From the IMG/VR virus record IMGVR_UViG_2778261248_000002: a stretch of 29,890 nucleotides of DNA; one strand, 5' to 3'. The notes under the pieces are model-generated. The model was not told where the DNA came from. It worked only from the letters and a program-made list of their open reading frames with translations, and ran no database searches. Shown here one piece after another: positions 26,876 through 29,890 of this stretch; position 1 is the stretch's first letter; each line of letters opens with the position of its first letter. The position numbers were made by a program, and so were the translations under genes. The stretch is from a virus (Duplodnaviria; Heunggongvirae; Uroviricota; Caudoviricetes).

Positions 26876-27376
26876 TTAATGCAGATATTGCTCTGGTTTT
26901 ACCGACGTCAGAATTGTCGGTGCATACTCAAACAGGCTGAATAATTCACGTAATGCACGGAATAAAGCATCACGCCAGTAACATGACTCTTCATTAATTC
27001 GCCAGTATGGCTGATTAAATTCTTTTTCTGTCAATCCGGCGTGCATAAATAAAGTACGACGCTGACTGACTGTTAAAAAACTAATATATGCATGCTCACT
27101 TGCGCCAACCTGACGGCGTTTTGAGAATGCGCCACGCAATTCATCAATTGCACATACCAGTCGTTCACGTTCGACGTCGTTCATTTCTTCAAAACGCATC
27201 GTTGCGTGACGCTGTTTTAACTGTGCATGAAAGCAAACCGTTAGCCGTTCGCGCTCCATCATCTGATTATAATAATCACATGTATCCTGCCAGCGAGGGA
27301 CGGCAAGATGCTTGCCAATTATCCGGCGCATAGCTGCTGGCTGTTTTTCAACGAGATTGAGCGTCATCACTGTCAT
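26876..27376 (-). CDS. B: replication protein B-like (helicase-loader-type accessory protein)
   Basis: 166 aa; ATG 27376-27374 overlaps the upstream stop; position after cox/small ORFs and before orf80-83/A; size matches P2 B as recalled. Confidence 0.7.
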   Translation of the reverse strand: MTVMTLNLVEKQPAAMRRIIGKHLAVPRWQDTCDYYNQMMERERLTVCFHAQLKQRHATMRFEEMNDVERERLVCAIDELRGAFSKRRQVGASEHAYISFLTVSQRRTLFMHAGLTEKEFNQPYWRINEESCYWRDALFRALRELFSLFEYAPTILTSVKPEQYLH

Positions 27377-27543
27377 TTCCAGACCCTCCGGCTTTTCAGA
27401 AAGGTCAGAGCCTTCTTTAACGGACTCTGTTTTTTGGTGCGGATAATGATTCCCTTGCGTCCCTTCCCGTGGGTGATGGTGAAGTCAATCGCCCTGGGGC
27501 TTTCGTTACGCAATAACTGAGCAATACAACGAGGTTCCTGCAT
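27373..27543 (-). CDS. small basic hypothetical protein (orf78-like position)
   Basis: 56 aa from ATG 27543, preceded by strong SD CAGGAGGAG; 4-nt overlap with the B start. Lys/Arg-rich. Confidence 0.45.
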   Translation of the reverse strand: MQEPRCIAQLLRNESPRAIDFTITHGKGRKGIIIRTKKQSPLKKALTFLKSRRVWK

Positions 27544-27660
27544 AACTCCTCCTGAAACAGAGCCGGTTTTTAGCCATGTCCGGCGCATGGTCTTGTGGTA
27601 CTATCCAATTGCTTTCACTCCAAATGTAAGCAAGTAGTTCGTAACACAAGGAATAACGAC

Positions 27661-27837
27661 ATGAATGATTTAGAAAAAACCAAGTTTCTTTTTGAGCAGA
27701 CCTGTTCAGTCATTGGCGGAGCACTTACTGAACAATCAGTAATGCCTGTTCCTGTAGAAACCCGAGCTTCACGCTTATTTGATGCTATCTATCCAGTTCT
27801 TGAGAAAAAACTCGAAGAAAAACTCGCGAAAAAATAG
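27661..27837 (+). CDS. small hypothetical protein, antisense-oriented inside the early operon
   Basis: 58 aa from ATG 27661 with AAGGA 8 nt upstream. AT-rich. Stop is 4 bp from the stop of the convergent 62-aa gene. Confidence 0.4.
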   Translation: MNDLEKTKFLFEQTCSVIGGALTEQSVMPVPVETRASRLFDAIYPVLEKKLEEKLAKK

Positions 27838-27840
27838 GCA

Positions 27841-28029
27841 TTACTCGCACTGGTGAATAAAGTCCAGTACGCCAGCGATAACGCTGATATCTTTGCCGGA
27901 CACCTGTTTATCTAAGCGTCCGGCCTCTTCTTTGATGAAATCCCCGATTTTTACCGCCAGTTCTAAAATTTCTCTCTGCGTCAGTGCCTTATCTGTGCCG
28001 CACTGGTTCGTACTATTTTTGTTCGCCAT
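27841..28029 (-). CDS. small hypothetical early protein
   Basis: 62 aa; ATG 28029-28027 preceded by AAGGGGA; 54 bp downstream of cox. Confidence 0.5.
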   Translation of the reverse strand: MANKNSTNQCGTDKALTQREILELAVKIGDFIKEEAGRLDKQVSGKDISVIAGVLDFIHQCE

Positions 28030-28083
28030 GATGTTCCCCTTATGCCGTCCGCCCTGTTGCTGACAGCCTGATTTAGCAATGAT

Positions 28084-28356
28084 TTAAAGCCCCATCCACA
28101 GCAGCCACGCGTCCCGCTGTTCTATCGGTCGGTTGTAGAATGCCTCACGCACACCACGATTGAACTCAGGAATGAAAACCAGTTTGTCTCCTGCACGAGC
28201 ATTCGGCTTAGTTGGATCGCGAAATTCAACTACCGGCAACTTGTTAGCTTTGATCATTTCAACGACCGCAGTACGCGGTTTTCCGAGCAATTCTGCAAAC
28301 TTGTCAGGGTGTACCGCATCAATCGGATACTTAACCACATAGTTGTTTGCGTCCAT
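28084..28356 (-). CDS. cox: Cox-like excisionase/early repressor of Pc
   Basis: 91 aa from ATG 28356 (MDANNYVVKYPIDAV...), preceded by GAGAGG. C-terminus ...AFYNRPIEQRDAWLLWMGL resembles the P2 Cox C-terminus as recalled. Divergent from C. Confidence 0.8.
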   Translation of the reverse strand: MDANNYVVKYPIDAVHPDKFAELLGKPRTAVVEMIKANKLPVVEFRDPTKPNARAGDKLVFIPEFNRGVREAFYNRPIEQRDAWLLWMGL

Positions 28357-28473
28357 AAAACACACCTCTCGTGCTAATCTTATCCGTCCAGCCCTCTTAA
28401 AACCGCTCAGGATCGTTCCTGACTGGCTGGACTCACGCCCCAAAAGGTTTCCGAACAAGTACCTTTTGAGGGG

Positions 28474-28503
28474 AATATAGTCTCCATAGGGGAACCATGT
28501 CAA
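28474..28503 (-). promoter_or_regulatory. early promoter Pe candidate (sigma70 -35/-10)
   Basis: Minus strand TTGACA (28503-28498), 18-nt spacer, TATATT (28479-28474). The -35 abuts the C start codon. Flanked by direct repeats GAGGGGAA (28468-28475) and TAGGGGAA (28487-28494). Confidence 0.55.
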
Positions 28504-28797
28504 ATGAAAATATCGGAGAAACTTCGCGCTATTCGCAAGGCCGAGGGATTAACACAAAAAAAATTTTGCGAGCTTAGTGGATTAGCACTTAGTTCGTTGA
28601 AAAATTATGAAGGTGGACATAAAGAGCCAGGACTACAAATCGTAAAGCAAGTAGTCAACACACCGCTGTTTAAAAAATATACATTATGGATTATGACAGA
28701 TGAGATTGCGCCAGAATCCGGGCAGATTTCCCCGGTCGTCGCACACTCTGGGCCAGAAGAAACAACATCGTCACACTCAGGCCGCAAAACTGGCTAA
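28504..28797 (+). CDS. C: immunity repressor C (P2 C-type)
   Basis: 97 aa; C-terminal ...KYTLWIMTDEIAPESGQISPVVAHSGPEETTSSHSGRKTG closely resembles the P2 C C-terminus as recalled; N-terminal HTH-like segment; upstream of int on the same strand. Confidence 0.85.
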   Translation: MKISEKLRAIRKAEGLTQKKFCELSGLALSSLKNYEGGHKEPGLQIVKQVVNTPLFKKYTLWIMTDEIAPESGQISPVVAHSGPEETTSSHSGRKTG

Positions 28798-28909
28798 CTA
28801 TTTACCGACATTACATGCACATAAAATGCATGTTACTGGTAAAAAAATATTCATCACACAACCACAAAGGGCTAAACAACAAGAAAACTCGTGTTCATCG
28901 GGGGGCTTT

Positions 28910-29890
28910 ATGAGTATCAGAAAGCTCGATGATGGACGTTATGAAGTGGATATCAGGCCTCGCGGTCGCGATGGAAAACGCATCCGCAGGAAATTTGAAA
29001 GAAAAGCTGAAGCGGTAGCATTTGAGCGATACACAATCGTCAATGCCAGTCAGAAAGAATGGGGAGGCCAGCGAGCAGACCGCCGAACTTTGACAGAATT
29101 GCTCGACATCTGGTGGAAATACCACGGGCAAAACCACGAGCATGGGACAAAAGAGTTTAATCATCTGCTCAAAACCATCAGCGGCATAGGTGATATACCA
29201 GTGAGTCGGATGAACAAAAGGGCTTTGATGGATTATCGCTCCATGCGACTACGTGATGGCATCAGTGCTGCAACGATAAACCGCGACATGTACCGATTAT
29301 CCGGCATGTTCACAAAATTAATTCAATTGGATGAATTTTCCGGGCAACACCCAATTCACGGACTGCCGCCACTGACGGAGGCTAACCCTGAAATGACGTT
29401 CCTGGAAAAAGCAGAAATCGAAAAACTGCTAAATGTTTTGACTGGTGATGACTTACTTGTCGCGCTTTTATGTCTGAGCACTGGAGGAAGATGGACGGAA
29501 GTTGCCACGCTAAAACCAGCACAGATTACAAGTTGCAGGGTTACCTTCCTGAAAACCAAAAACGGTAAAAAGCGAACAGTGCCGATTTCTGAGGAACTGG
29601 AGAAAAAAGTTAAAGAGGAGGCCAGCGCCAAATTGTTCAAGGTAGATTATGAGAAGTTTTGCGGGATTTTACGCAGAGTGAAACCTGATATACCTCCCAA
29701 TCAGGCAACCCACATTCTGCGGCATACATTCGCAAGCCATTTCATGATGAATGGGGGCAACATAATTGCACTGCAACAGATTCTGGGGCATGCGAGCATT
29801 CAGCAGACAATGACCTATGCGCACCTTGCGCCTGACTACCTGCAGAACGCCGTCGCTCTGAATCCACTAAAAGGCGGAGTGACGTTATAA
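28910..29890 (+). CDS. int: tyrosine integrase (P2 Int family)
   Basis: 326 aa from ATG 28910. Catalytic-region motifs HILRHTFAS and HASIQQTMTYAHL (Tyr nucleophile). TAA at 29888-29890 is the last triplet of the window. Confidence 0.9.
   Translation: MSIRKLDDGRYEVDIRPRGRDGKRIRRKFERKAEAVAFERYTIVNASQKEWGGQRADRRTLTELLDIWWKYHGQNHEHGTKEFNHLLKTISGIGDIPVSRMNKRALMDYRSMRLRDGISAATINRDMYRLSGMFTKLIQLDEFSGQHPIHGLPPLTEANPEMTFLEKAEIEKLLNVLTGDDLLVALLCLSTGGRWTEVATLKPAQITSCRVTFLKTKNGKKRTVPISEELEKKVKEEASAKLFKVDYEKFCGILRRVKPDIPPNQATHILRHTFASHFMMNGGNIIALQQILGHASIQQTMTYAHLAPDYLQNAVALNPLKGGVTL

Larger units (their letters stand above)
1..29890. mobile_element. P2-like (Peduovirus-type) prophage segment: late, packaging, cargo, early and immunity regions; att and ogr outside window
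   Basis: Gene order matches P2 end to end (D U T E FII FI G H I J W V S R lys K Y X L M N O / P Q / cos / cargo / A B cox / C int). Many ORF lengths equal P2 homologue lengths as I recall them. P2/P4-type cos 19-mer is present. Operons are tightly packed with ATGA/TGATG overlaps. Confidence 0.9.

Noticed and set aside
28357-28503. N-terminal 49-codon extension of the cox ORF (139-aa track ORF)
   Set aside because: The extension covers the Pe promoter and the C start region; the internal ATG at 28356 has a GAGAGG SD and gives a 91-aa Cox-sized protein.
28700-28909. Upstream extension of the integrase ORF (396-aa track ORF)
   Set aside because: Overlaps the 3' end of the C gene in another frame; the ATG at 28910 follows a G-rich SD and yields a standard-size tyrosine integrase.
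1-29890. CRISPR arrays, tRNA/rRNA genes, IS elements, att core
   Set aside because: No short direct-repeat/spacer array, no tRNA-like cloverleaf region and no transposase ORF were seen. The att sites are expected just beyond the int end and the ogr side, outside the window.

Overview
The window is a near-complete P2-like (Peduovirus-type) temperate myovirus prophage of an enterobacterial host, lying inverted relative to the standard P2 map. All gene names are P2 homologue names assigned from gene order, ORF lengths and motifs read by eye; no database search was possible. Layout: tail genes D-U-T-E/E'-FII-FI (1-6303, minus), tail fibre G/H, baseplate I-J-W-V, tail completion S/R, lysis cassette lysC/lysB/lysA/K/Y, X, L and capsid genes M-N-O (all minus), then divergent terminase P and portal Q (plus), a Q terminator and the cos site (20609-20627). 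Between cos and replication gene A sits a roughly 3.5 kb AT-rich cargo island (20628-24156) carrying a C5-cytosine methyltransferase and a convergent two-gene operon (ParB/HTH-like 391 aa protein plus a 318 aa protein of no recognisable family). This occupies the position of P2 old/tin and is the best candidate for an undescribed defence or R-M-like system. The early operon A-orf83-orf82-orf81-orf80-B-cox follows (minus), then the Pe/Pc switch, repressor C and integrase (plus) to the window end. ogr and the att sites lie outside the window. Other points of note: replication gene A is about 200 codons shorter than P2 A, the Z/fun slot between G and FI is empty apart from a 16-bp perfect inverted repeat, and tail fibre H is mosaic with three tandem repeats.
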